From the IMG/VR virus record IMGVR_UViG_3300014205_000194, positions 28,872 through 92,871 of that record: a DNA stretch of 64,000 nucleotides; one strand, 5' to 3'. Every line of letters starts with the position of its first letter. Within the stretch, counting starts at the first letter, position 1. Below, one piece after another: positions 29,533 through 38,646 of this stretch. This DNA is from a virus. Lineage: Duplodnaviria > Caudoviricetes. Below the pieces are notes generated by a model. That model was given only the letters and a program-made list of their open reading frames with translations. It had not been told where the DNA came from and did not search any database. The translations under genes were made by a program, and so were the position numbers.

Positions 29533-30803
29533 TGAATCTACCGAAGTATGTGTATAACTGTGATGATTTTAAGCCAGGGGATCAGGTTCAATACTCTGGT
29601 CCATATTTCGACGAGACGGAAATTGAGTATGCGATTAAGGCTCTTCGTACTGGTAAATGGCTGACCGCCGGTGAGCACGTAAACAAATTCGAGGCGCGGT
29701 TTTCCAAGAAATTTAATGTCGGATACAGTCAGATGGTAAACTCTGGATCTTCTGCCAATCTTGTTATGTTCACTGCGTTGAAGAGACATTTCAACTGGGC
29801 AGATGGCGACGAAGTTATCGTATCACCAGTCGGCTTTCCGACTACAATTTCACCAATCGTACAGAATAACCTAGTACCTGTATTCATCGATATCGAGACG
29901 GTCACTCTTAACTTCGACGTCAATCATATTGAAGATAGTATTACGCCTAAGACTAAAGCTATTATCGTATCTCCCGTCCTAGGTAATCCACCTAATATGG
30001 ATATACTCAAAGATATCTGCGAGAGACACAATATCCTATTAATTGGAGACAACTGCGATAGTCTCGGGAGTAAATGGAATGTAAAATATATTACTGACTA
30101 TTATTATGCTTGGACTTGTTCCTTTTATCCTGCTCATCATATTTCTACAGGTGAAGGTGGTATGGTTTGTTCGGACGACGAATCATTCGTTGAACGAGCG
30201 CGTAGTATTGCTTGGTGGGGTCGCGATTGTTATTGTGTCGGAGCTTCAAATGCTCTTTGCTCTGGCACATGCGGGAATAGGTTCGATAAGTGGTTAGATG
30301 GATATGATGGAATCGTCGACCACAAATATGTGTTCACAGAAATGGGCTATAATCTTAAACCACTTGATCTACAAGGAGCAATCGGTCTCGCTCAACTAGA
30401 GAAATTCGACAAAGTAGAGGAATTGCGGCGCAAACACTTCAAACGAATTAAGGAAATCGTAGAAAGTAATCTAGTATTCATCACTATCCCAGAGAGTCTC
30501 CCGGAAGCAGATCCTTCTTGGTTCGGTGTACCCATTCTATGTGATAATCGTTATGTTAGAGAAGATTTAACTAAGCACCTAGAGAGTAATAAGATCCAAA
30601 CGAGGCCGCTGTTTGCTGGTAACATCCTAATGCACCCAGCATACAAGCATTTAGGTGATTATCGAGAGTTTCCTAATTCTAATGCAGCATTCAGTAATGT
30701 AGTATTCTTAGGTTGCCCACCGCACTATAATGACGCGGTATTCGATTATATCGAAGATGTGTTTTCTAGATTTCCCAACAAACTATATGATATTAGGGGA
30801 TAA
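29532..30803 (+). CDS. rfbH: CDP-4-keto-6-deoxyglucose 3-dehydrase (DdhC/RfbH, DegT family)
   Basis: VNSGSSANL, DNCDSLG, SFYPAHH (His in place of the catalytic Lys), WGRDCYC...C iron-sulfur motif. Confidence 0.85.
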   Translation: MNLPKYVYNCDDFKPGDQVQYSGPYFDETEIEYAIKALRTGKWLTAGEHVNKFEARFSKKFNVGYSQMVNSGSSANLVMFTALKRHFNWADGDEVIVSPVGFPTTISPIVQNNLVPVFIDIETVTLNFDVNHIEDSITPKTKAIIVSPVLGNPPNMDILKDICERHNILLIGDNCDSLGSKWNVKYITDYYYAWTCSFYPAHHISTGEGGMVCSDDESFVERARSIAWWGRDCYCVGASNALCSGTCGNRFDKWLDGYDGIVDHKYVFTEMGYNLKPLDLQGAIGLAQLEKFDKVEELRRKHFKRIKEIVESNLVFITIPESLPEADPSWFGVPILCDNRYVREDLTKHLESNKIQTRPLFAGNILMHPAYKHLGDYREFPNSNAAFSNVVFLGCPPHYNDAVFDYIEDVFSRFPNKLYDIRG

Positions 30804-30805
30804 TT

Positions 30806-31627
30806 ATGATAACTGTATTGGGTGGGTATGGGTTCGTCGGATCTGAGTATGTACGACATTTCTATGATTCGGCGGTAGTCAATGATAAACACGACTATAA
30901 TATCTACACCAACGATGTACTATATTTTATTTCTACCACACACAACTATCATATATTCGACCACCCACATCTAGACATTGATACTAACCTACACACATTA
31001 ATCACCGTACTAGAAAACTGGCGTAGGTTTGGCGGGAATGGTACATTTACGTTTATCTCTAGCTGGTTCGTTTATGGTAATCAAGAGCACCAGCCAGTAC
31101 ACGAAAGCGTACATTGTAACCCGAAGGGATTCTATTCAATCACCAAGCGAGCAGCGGAACAATTGCTTATTTCTTACTGTGAAACTTATGATCTGAAGTA
31201 TAAGATTCTGCGGTTAGCTAATGTAATTGGTAAGAGGGATCCGTCTGCATCCGCCAGAAAGAATGCACTCCAATACCTAATCAATAAAATGAAGAACAAC
31301 GAACCCATTGAACTCTATGACGGAGGGGATTTTTATCGAGATTATATCCACGTGACAGATTGTGCTCGGGCGATTAATCTGTGTATAGAGAAAGGCGAAG
31401 ATAATACAATCTATAATATTGGTAACGGAGTGCCCGTTCGTTTCTATGACATCATAAACGACGCATATGCACTGATTGGTAGTAAGTCTGAGATAATCAA
31501 CATTGAGCAGAAAGAGTTTCACGCCAAAGTACAAACAAAATCTATGTATCTAGACAACACTAAATTGAAACTGCTAGGATATAATCAGTTATACTCTACA
31601 CAGGACATGCTGAAGGGCATGATCTAA
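30806..31627 (+). CDS. NAD-dependent epimerase/reductase (extended SDR)
   Basis: GGYGFVG, YSITK, RDYIHV. Confidence 0.85.
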   Translation: MITVLGGYGFVGSEYVRHFYDSAVVNDKHDYNIYTNDVLYFISTTHNYHIFDHPHLDIDTNLHTLITVLENWRRFGGNGTFTFISSWFVYGNQEHQPVHESVHCNPKGFYSITKRAAEQLLISYCETYDLKYKILRLANVIGKRDPSASARKNALQYLINKMKNNEPIELYDGGDFYRDYIHVTDCARAINLCIEKGEDNTIYNIGNGVPVRFYDIINDAYALIGSKSEIINIEQKEFHAKVQTKSMYLDNTKLKLLGYNQLYSTQDMLKGMI

Positions 31628-31633
31628 GAATAC

Positions 31634-31696
31634 GCCACTCTTTGGGTATAGAATAAAAATAATATAAATAAGTATATAACAAACCCAAAGAGTGGT
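31634..31696 (+). promoter_or_regulatory. T4-type late promoter TATAAATA inside an inverted repeat whose 3' arm covers the RBS
   Basis: GCCACTCTTTGGGT (31634-47) ... TATAAATA (31663-70) ... ACCCAAAGAGTGGT (31683-96); ATG at 31701. Confidence 0.75.
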
Positions 31697-31700
31697 AATT

Positions 31701-32720
31701 ATGTCAAAACTATCAACCTTCAATTCTAGAAGGTTTTCAAAACCTTTGCTGGAAACAGCACAAAGTCACTTCAAAGCATTGTTCTTGGTCGGCGGACCGG
31801 GGTCGGGTAAAGACATCATAATCAAAGCTGGATTACAAGAATCTGGTATGATCGAAGTTAACTTAGATCGCCTATATAAGTCCATCACCAATCAAACAGA
31901 ACTAGACGAATTTCGCGAGTATTCTTCCGTTTTCATCAACGGCAATGCTGATGATTATTCTAAAATAGCTACATCTAAGCTAGTTCTAGAAGCAATGGGT
32001 TATGATACCTCGATGGTATATGTCTATACGTCCCAGGAAGAATCTAAACGTCGCAATGATGTTCGGATAGATAGCGGGGCCAAGACTATCTCAGAAGATG
32101 CTAGACATTCTAAATACAATTATTCAGTAGAAAATATGCTTAAATTTTCAACTGAATTCGTCCCGTTTATACTATATAATAACTCGGTAGACTATAATGT
32201 AGCGAGTGTGTCTGAACGTACAGAAATTGGCAAATGGACTAGAGAGCTATTCGAACAGGTATCTAATTTCATCTCCGCCCCACCACAACAACCCAAGTCG
32301 CTAGCATGGTTAGTCGAACAAAATAAGATAGATACTACTAATATCAACCTATTATTTGAAGGGGTAATTGCTAATGAATTTTCTCAGAATGATTCTGTCC
32401 TATTTCAATCCAGTGGACTCGACGAAGCCAGTCCCTTCGGAAATAACAGTGGTGGAATCGCCAGAAGCGACAAAAATCGAGCCGAAATCGAAAACCAAGA
32501 CGACGATAACGAAACCAAAGGGATCGACGACGAGGACGACGAAGACCAAGAAAAAAACGACAAAACCAAACCGACCAAATCCAAAAACTTAACAAAGCGA
32601 GCAACTAATCCGGGTGCATATTTCGATTCTAGGATCGGAACTGTACCTTCCGGTGGTGTTGGATTGAGCGCGAACTTAGGCGAATCTAGGAAATCGTTTA
32701 AAGATTTCAGGAGCAAATAA
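31701..32720 (+). CDS. P-loop kinase-like (zeta-toxin-like) late protein with acidic tail
   Basis: FLVGGPGSGKD Walker A. Confidence 0.7.
   Translation: MSKLSTFNSRRFSKPLLETAQSHFKALFLVGGPGSGKDIIIKAGLQESGMIEVNLDRLYKSITNQTELDEFREYSSVFINGNADDYSKIATSKLVLEAMGYDTSMVYVYTSQEESKRRNDVRIDSGAKTISEDARHSKYNYSVENMLKFSTEFVPFILYNNSVDYNVASVSERTEIGKWTRELFEQVSNFISAPPQQPKSLAWLVEQNKIDTTNINLLFEGVIANEFSQNDSVLFQSSGLDEASPFGNNSGGIARSDKNRAEIENQDDDNETKGIDDEDDEDQEKNDKTKPTKSKNLTKRATNPGAYFDSRIGTVPSGGVGLSANLGESRKSFKDFRSK
32374..32592 (+). CDS. Nested basic Lys/Thr-rich protein in an alternate frame (candidate)
   Basis: AAGGGGT RBS; MNFLRMILSYF N-terminus followed by a K/T/P-rich tail. Confidence 0.45.
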   Translation: MNFLRMILSYFNPVDSTKPVPSEITVVESPEATKIEPKSKTKTTITKPKGSTTRTTKTKKKTTKPNRPNPKT

Positions 32721-32721
32721 A

Positions 32722-33252
32722 ATGCAATACGGCGATAAAATCAACAAATCGATAGCCGAAGCTGCCATGGAAGTGATGTCCGCGCCTAAGGTTACTGCAC
32801 CAGACGTATCTCTTGTACTGAGTATGAAGAAAGTCCTTGGTAGTATGTTTATGTTCTACTTCAAGGCCCATAGTTTTCACTGGAATGTGGAGGGTGCTAG
32901 TTTCCCCCAATACCACTCTTTCTTCGATACGATATACAATCAACTCCACGATTCGATTGATCCTATTGCAGAACACATTAGGATCTTGGGTGAGTATGCC
33001 CCGAGCAGCGTATCTGAACTAGCATTATATTCGGCTATCACTGAAAATAGAACCTCGACTATGCCACCAGCAGTAATGTTCCAGTCTCTATTGGCAGACA
33101 ACAATACGATAATCAATGTATTGACTATGGCGTATAATCAGGCAGAATTAGCAAAAGAGGTTGGCCTGTCTAACTTCCTTCAAGATAAAATAGATTCCCA
33201 TAAAAAACTAGGTTGGATGATTACATCCACCTCTAAAGGCACTGGAGTATAA
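32722..33252 (+). CDS. dps: Dps/ferritin-like DNA protection protein
   Basis: HSFHWNVEG, HSFFDTIY, DPIAEHIR, HKKLGW. Confidence 0.92.
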   Translation: MQYGDKINKSIAEAAMEVMSAPKVTAPDVSLVLSMKKVLGSMFMFYFKAHSFHWNVEGASFPQYHSFFDTIYNQLHDSIDPIAEHIRILGEYAPSSVSELALYSAITENRTSTMPPAVMFQSLLADNNTIINVLTMAYNQAELAKEVGLSNFLQDKIDSHKKLGWMITSTSKGTGV

Positions 33253-33253
33253 G

Positions 33254-34534
33254 ATGTCAAAGAAAATCGTCGATATTATCAAGGAAGCGCGTCTACCGAA
33301 GATCAAGATGCCACAACGTTCTGCCCAGGAACGTATGTATCAGCATCATCAGGAGTTGCGTAAGAAAGCAGGTCTTCCTGACGAATCTTACTATGAAAAG
33401 ATGGCTGCTCAGAAGAAGAAAGAACTCGAAGATATGAAAAACGAAGAGGTTAATCTGGAAGAAGCGGTAAACGTTTCACATGAACGCTATATGAGATCGC
33501 ACGGGAAACAAGCAAGCGAAGAAGATAGGGGTATGTGGGCATTTACACATAAAAGATTCGGTGGTGTAGATTATAATAACAATAAAGAATTCCACACTAC
33601 AACTGGTTCATTCAAAGAGGCTAAAAAGTCTGCTAAAAAATGGGCAAAAGAACATGGTCATCAAACTGCCTATGTGATGGAAGAAGTAGAACAGATCGAC
33701 GAACTTTCCAAGGATACTCTTAGTTCATATATCAAGAAAGCTGCTCCACACGCAGTAAGTTCCACCAGAACGGCAGAGCATCTAAGGAAGGTATCTGATA
33801 GAGCAGCCAAAGAAGACGATCATAAAAAAGCCGGTGAATATCAAGGTTATAGCGATAAATTCCAGAAAGGCGTATTCAAGCGCATTGCTGGTATTCAGCG
33901 AGCAGCCGGTAAACTGGCTAAGGAAGAAGTCGATCTCAATGAAGTCTCTATGTCCGATGCTGCTAAGATGGCACATGATCTGAAGACCGCGAAAGAGAAA
34001 CGCGATGTAGAAAAACACGAAAAGGATTTGACTTCTGCTCCGATCAATAAGCCAGACTACGACGTGGTTGTTCATCATAAACACGACGACGGTACGGAGA
34101 AAGATTATACATATAGAGTGACTAAGGCCAAGAACGACAAGCATGCGCAAAATATCGCTATGCTACGTCATCACGAAAAGCTCGGCGGCGGTAACTTCAA
34201 AAGCAGCCTAGATAAAGACGTGAAACGATTGAATGAGGGCGACGAACACTTGCACAAAGATCATATCGAAAAGTCCTTGGCAGACAGTGACATCAATTCC
34301 AGCGTAGAGGGGAATACGGTTCGCGTTCATTCTAGCAATACCAAGAAAGCGGCTAGATTGCTCAAGAATATGGGATATGAACACAAGGTTGCCGGCGGGC
34401 TGAATGAATCAATCGGTATTATTAGAGAGGTGGTAAAAAAGAAAGTGGAAGACAACCGCGGAACTAAGGGCAAGACGGCAACTGGTCAACCAATGCCCAA
34501 AGTAGAAGTTAATCCAGAGTCGAAGGTGGTATAA
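33254..34534 (+). CDS. Probable internal head (poly)protein with repeated protease-site linkers
   Basis: Recurrent EEVNLEE, EEVEQIDEL, EEVDLNE and LNE linkers. Confidence 0.6.
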   Translation: MSKKIVDIIKEARLPKIKMPQRSAQERMYQHHQELRKKAGLPDESYYEKMAAQKKKELEDMKNEEVNLEEAVNVSHERYMRSHGKQASEEDRGMWAFTHKRFGGVDYNNNKEFHTTTGSFKEAKKSAKKWAKEHGHQTAYVMEEVEQIDELSKDTLSSYIKKAAPHAVSSTRTAEHLRKVSDRAAKEDDHKKAGEYQGYSDKFQKGVFKRIAGIQRAAGKLAKEEVDLNEVSMSDAAKMAHDLKTAKEKRDVEKHEKDLTSAPINKPDYDVVVHHKHDDGTEKDYTYRVTKAKNDKHAQNIAMLRHHEKLGGGNFKSSLDKDVKRLNEGDEHLHKDHIEKSLADSDINSSVEGNTVRVHSSNTKKAARLLKNMGYEHKVAGGLNESIGIIREVVKKKVEDNRGTKGKTATGQPMPKVEVNPESKVV

Positions 34535-34535
34535 T

Positions 34536-34901
34536 ATGAATTCAGTCAATATGATAGATATTAGTGAGATCAATGACGGATTGGAATCACTACATGATAG
34601 GCATTTCGCTTCAATCGAAAATATTAGCAAGGAACTCGAGAGTATCCTTGCTCCTTTCGATGTCGACTTTCCGGGTATCGATGATTCGGAAGAGGACTAT
34701 ATCTTCAAGATAGAGACTGCAGAAGGCGATGAAACGGAATATTACCTATACGTCATTGTTGATTCAGAACCCGTTGGTTTCTCGGTTTTCGCGCAAATCC
34801 TGGAATGGGAAGACATTATCGATATCCAGGAAGTATCGCTAGATGTTGGGTTAGATGTAACCGATTTCTTGACCAGAGTGCGCCATTCGGCAGATGATTG
34901 A
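34536..34901 (+). CDS. Hypothetical acidic protein
   Basis: ORF in the late block. Confidence 0.65.
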   Translation: MNSVNMIDISEINDGLESLHDRHFASIENISKELESILAPFDVDFPGIDDSEEDYIFKIETAEGDETEYYLYVIVDSEPVGFSVFAQILEWEDIIDIQEVSLDVGLDVTDFLTRVRHSADD

Positions 34902-35293
34902 TGTTTGATCAGTTGAATGATTCTAATATATTATTGTATGCCATTAAGTGTTATGATACACCTAATTGTGTCATGTCAGAATTTGAAGATGATTTCAACA
35001 GAATATATCGAATCAAGAAGGCGTTTACTAAATATAAAAAAGGGAAGGAATTAAACTTCCAACTAATACTGAATCACATCGTTATTCTTTATAATGTCTT
35101 TGGGGTGGAATGCGCGACTAGATTATTGTTTTATAAATTAGATGTGGACCACTATTCTCTGGTAAAGCCATTTTTATTGGCACTTAACTATATGCCAGAT
35201 GCGGTATTCGGTATACAAAACAAAAACGTGTTGTCATCAGACATACCACTAGACAAAGAGATTGTAGAATGCTTAAGACATTTAGCGAAATGA
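34901..35293 (+). CDS. Conserved T4-like phage hypothetical protein
   Basis: YAIKCYD.P.C...EF, LILNHIVILYNVFG. Confidence 0.75.
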   Translation: MFDQLNDSNILLYAIKCYDTPNCVMSEFEDDFNRIYRIKKAFTKYKKGKELNFQLILNHIVILYNVFGVECATRLLFYKLDVDHYSLVKPFLLALNYMPDAVFGIQNKNVLSSDIPLDKEIVECLRHLAK

Positions 35294-35664
35294 TCGAAGA
35301 AGAATCATTGAACGTTTCGTATGATAAAGAGAAGAAACGTTCTAAACACACTGCTACACATCGCAGGGAACCGCACGTCGCCCATCCGTATACTACTAAG
35401 CCAGCTATGGACGAGAAGTTCAATGTGGATGCTAAAGGTAAGGATATTGTGGATGCCGTGGCTCGCAAGAAAGCGGCAGAATTTCTCAAGAAATCTAAGT
35501 CTAACATTGACTGGGACAAGTTGACAACGACTAAGGGCGCGATGAAAGAAGATGCCGCTCCTGTGTCCGTTGCCGGCGGAGCCGTCCCTTCTATTACTGA
35601 TCCGACTACCAACTATGCTACTCAGATCAAAAACAAAATTCTTAAAAGAGCCAAACCAAAATGA
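35269..35664 (+). CDS. Probable internal head protein with capsid-targeting N-terminus
   Basis: MLKTFSEMIEE resembles the T4 capsid-targeting sequence MKTYQEFIAE. Confidence 0.6.
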   Translation: MLKTFSEMIEEESLNVSYDKEKKRSKHTATHRREPHVAHPYTTKPAMDEKFNVDAKGKDIVDAVARKKAAEFLKKSKSNIDWDKLTTTKGAMKEDAAPVSVAGGAVPSITDPTTNYATQIKNKILKRAKPK

Positions 35665-36167
35665 TTGATCTAGTCCCGACACCCTATAAAATAGTCGCTG
35701 TTATTGCTCTTGTACTAGCATCATATTTCTATGGTCTCCGCGAGGGCAGTGCAAAGGCAGAGTTAGCCATTAATCAATTTGCAATTGATAAGAAAGAGCT
35801 ACAGACTAAAATTGACCAGAAGCAGGTAGAAGTAGTAGAAAAGGTAGTTACTCAATACGTCGATAAAATTGTATATGTAAAAGACAAAGGTGCCGCAAAT
35901 GCTGAAAAATTTAGGTATGTTCCTGATACTAATGTCATGCTTTCTAGTGGGTGGGTGTACTCGCACAATTCTAGTGCCACAGCCACAGATGCCGACACCG
36001 CCAGAGTTACTGATGCGACCCCCTCAGGAGTTACAGCAGATTCCGCTCTCCAAACCATTAACACAAACTACACCATCTGCCACGAAAACGCCGAACAAGT
36101 AAGATCGTTGCAAAAATGGATCCTAGAAACTAAAGTTAATATAGAAGGGGCCCATAATGGAGGATGA
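35661..36167 (+). CDS. Inner-membrane spanin (Rz-like)
   Basis: N-terminal TM, periplasmic coiled coil, C-terminal NY..C..N...LQKW; contains an embedded lipoprotein ORF. Confidence 0.8.
   Translation: MIDLVPTPYKIVAVIALVLASYFYGLREGSAKAELAINQFAIDKKELQTKIDQKQVEVVEKVVTQYVDKIVYVKDKGAANAEKFRYVPDTNVMLSSGWVYSHNSSATATDADTARVTDATPSGVTADSALQTINTNYTICHENAEQVRSLQKWILETKVNIEGAHNGG
35899..36102 (+). CDS. Outer-membrane spanin lipoprotein (Rz1-like), fully embedded
   Basis: AAAGGTG RBS, signal peptide with lipobox LVGGC, Pro-rich mature region. Confidence 0.8.
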   Translation: MLKNLGMFLILMSCFLVGGCTRTILVPQPQMPTPPELLMRPPQELQQIPLSKPLTQTTPSATKTPNK

Positions 36168-36441
36168 AGATAGCGCATTCATTCGTGCATGGCGACCCTC
36201 GGCTGCGTATTGTTACATAGCCATCTGCCTGTTTGATTTCATTTTCGGGCCGGCGATGGTAATGATACTAAATACATTTTTTCATGGTAATCTGGCTACC
36301 TGGCAGAGTCTTACGTCATCTAGTGGTGGATTAGTGCATCTATCTTTTGGTGCCATCCTAGGCGTGACTGCATATGGTAGAACCCAAGAAAAGCTACAAT
36401 CCCAACAAATAACAATAAACGGACAACAGGTAGTAAAATAG
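36157..36441 (+). CDS. Putative holin (3TM/GTA-holin-like)
   Basis: WRP motif, hydrophobic helices, GAILGVTAYGRTQEK; adjacent to the spanins. Confidence 0.7.
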   Translation: MEDEDSAFIRAWRPSAAYCYIAICLFDFIFGPAMVMILNTFFHGNLATWQSLTSSSGGLVHLSFGAILGVTAYGRTQEKLQSQQITINGQQVVK

Positions 36442-36936
36442 ATGTCGAATGGTAATGACCCAACGTTACACAGCGTTAAGTTGGATCTTGAACTCCTTAA
36501 AAAGGATGTTACTCAAATTTCCACAATATGCGAGAAACTAGATGTAACAATCGATAAAATTCAAGAGTTAGCGGCTACTATGACTCGAATGCTTTCTCTT
36601 CATGAACAGAAGATAGAGAAACAAGAACAAAATGATAAAGAGCTGTTTTCACTCGTCGAACTAAGAAGGGTAGAGCTTTTGAGCGATATTAAAGAACTGA
36701 ACACCAGAGTGTCTGGGATTAATAAAGAATTCAACGACAAACTACAGAATACTGAAGATAAGTTAATCAAGGCCGTTCAGGATTTAAAGAAGGAAATTAC
36801 TGAAAAATCCGATACTAATAAGACTAAACTATCGGATGCAATCGAGAGCATAAACCGATGGAAGTGGATGATTATTGGCGGTGCCGTCGTAGTCGGTTAT
36901 ATTATTTCTATTACCATTAAATTAGCGGGTATCTAA
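36442..36936 (+). CDS. Coiled-coil protein with C-terminal TM
   Basis: Heptad-rich body, RWKWMIIGGAVVVG TM segment. Confidence 0.7.
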   Translation: MSNGNDPTLHSVKLDLELLKKDVTQISTICEKLDVTIDKIQELAATMTRMLSLHEQKIEKQEQNDKELFSLVELRRVELLSDIKELNTRVSGINKEFNDKLQNTEDKLIKAVQDLKKEITEKSDTNKTKLSDAIESINRWKWMIIGGAVVVGYIISITIKLAGI

Positions 36937-36965
36937 TTTACTTCTATATAGAATCACGTTATAAT
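36937..36965 (+). promoter_or_regulatory. Sigma70-type promoter for primase
   Basis: TTTACT-N17-TATAAT. Confidence 0.6.
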
Positions 36966-36994
36966 GATGGTTAACCTTTTGTTGTGGATATATT

Positions 36995-38056
36995 ATGTCG
37001 TTATACATCGATAGGAAGTATCTTCTACTCATTTCATCTAAGCTGAGAAATTTCAAAGACAAAGGTAACGATGTCTTTAATTTCTCGTGCCCCATCTGCG
37101 GCGATTCTTCTACCAATAAGCTAAAGGCCCGCGGGTACTTCTACCCAAAGGGCGATAAACTAATCTATTCTTGTCACAACTGTTCTATCTCTACTGGGTT
37201 CTCGAAGTTCCTTAAAGAACTCGATATCACCAAATATAAAGAGTATCTACTCGAGCGATTCGGCGATACCAAGAAAGTCGAGTTGACAGAAGAACGCGCT
37301 AAAAAGAATGCAACCAAACCCGCTTTATTTGGCACTTCTCCTAAAGAGAAGTTTACTAGAAAACTCACTATCGATCTACCTTCGATTAAGTCCCTCCCGA
37401 TCAATCATTCTGCTAGGCAATATATCGCTTCTCGCATGATCCCCGATGAATTTTGGGGAGAGATATACTATGCCGAAGACTTCAAGAAATTCATGGATAG
37501 TTTCTTCCCTGAGCACAATAAGGATTTGATCGAGGAAGATCCACGCATCGTTGTGTTCTTTACTAATAGAAGCGGTGACATCACGAATGTGTCTGGTCGC
37601 TCTATAAGCAAGAATCCGAATATACTGCGATATGTAAACATCAAGATTACCGAAGATAAGAAGGTATTCGGTCTCCATAGGGTTAATTTAAAAAAGACAC
37701 TATATATCGTCGAAGGTCAGTTCGACAGCATGTTCCTACCAAATTGCGTTGCAGCAGGAGATTCTGGTCTTCTTGGTGTAGCCGAGCACGTCAGACCATT
37801 GGTAGATGATAAGTCACAAATTGTAATTGTATTCGATAATGAAGATCGAAATACACATAATATCAAGCAAATGGCAAAATCTCTGAACAGACACTTTAAA
37901 ATTGCATTATTTCCTAAGAATATCATATACAAAGATATCAACGAAATGGTAGAGATCGGTGGGATGGCGCCGGAAGAAATTCTCAACATCATCGAAGATA
38001 ATACTATCAGTGGCCTGGAAGGATTACTGAAATTATCCGAGTGGAGAAAGATATGA
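36995..38056 (+). CDS. 61: DNA primase, T4 gp61
   Basis: CPICGDS...CHNC zinc finger, VEGQFDSMF, FDNE, KDINE. Confidence 0.95.
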   Translation: MSLYIDRKYLLLISSKLRNFKDKGNDVFNFSCPICGDSSTNKLKARGYFYPKGDKLIYSCHNCSISTGFSKFLKELDITKYKEYLLERFGDTKKVELTEERAKKNATKPALFGTSPKEKFTRKLTIDLPSIKSLPINHSARQYIASRMIPDEFWGEIYYAEDFKKFMDSFFPEHNKDLIEEDPRIVVFFTNRSGDITNVSGRSISKNPNILRYVNIKITEDKKVFGLHRVNLKKTLYIVEGQFDSMFLPNCVAAGDSGLLGVAEHVRPLVDDKSQIVIVFDNEDRNTHNIKQMAKSLNRHFKIALFPKNIIYKDINEMVEIGGMAPEEILNIIEDNTISGLEGLLKLSEWRKI

Positions 38057-38646
38057 TTAGTTTCAAAGAATTTCTAATAGAGCTATTCGATAAACCATGG
38101 AAATTGGAAGATCATAGTAAAACACCAAATGGTCAACTATTTAAAAATCACATAAAAAGTATTACTGGTACTCATATTGGGTTTAAATTTTTTAAAGCGG
38201 AGGGGGACAATGGTCATGTGTTGGAATATGCACATAACGGGGCCATTGAAATACATCATTTAGATAAAGACTTTGTTTCTGGAGAAAAACCAGTAATACC
38301 TTCAAATAAACCAAACCCTAGATTTATAGCTACTATGAAAAATAGGATAGAGAATCACGTCGAGCATAATAGACATAGAGTTCGTGTAGTGGCTCCAGAT
38401 AATTTAATAAACAACTACCATAGAATAGCACACAGTTTAGCCAAGAAAAATGGATATCATGTAACTGTTCCAATGCCACACGAACATCCATTTGGAAACA
38501 GAGAAGAAACATATAAATCGTTCTATATTAGACCAAAGAATTCAGTGATACCAGAAGAATTGGCTACTAGAGCAAACTTAAATTCTAAAACACAACAATC
38601 GTTCGATCGAGTGTTGGGCCTAATCAAGGAATTCTACGATGATTAG
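38053..38646 (+). CDS. Probable internal head protein, paralog A
   Basis: MISFKEFLIE CTS-like N-terminus; paralogous to 38639. Confidence 0.65.
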   Translation: MISFKEFLIELFDKPWKLEDHSKTPNGQLFKNHIKSITGTHIGFKFFKAEGDNGHVLEYAHNGAIEIHHLDKDFVSGEKPVIPSNKPNPRFIATMKNRIENHVEHNRHRVRVVAPDNLINNYHRIAHSLAKKNGYHVTVPMPHEHPFGNREETYKSFYIRPKNSVIPEELATRANLNSKTQQSFDRVLGLIKEFYDD

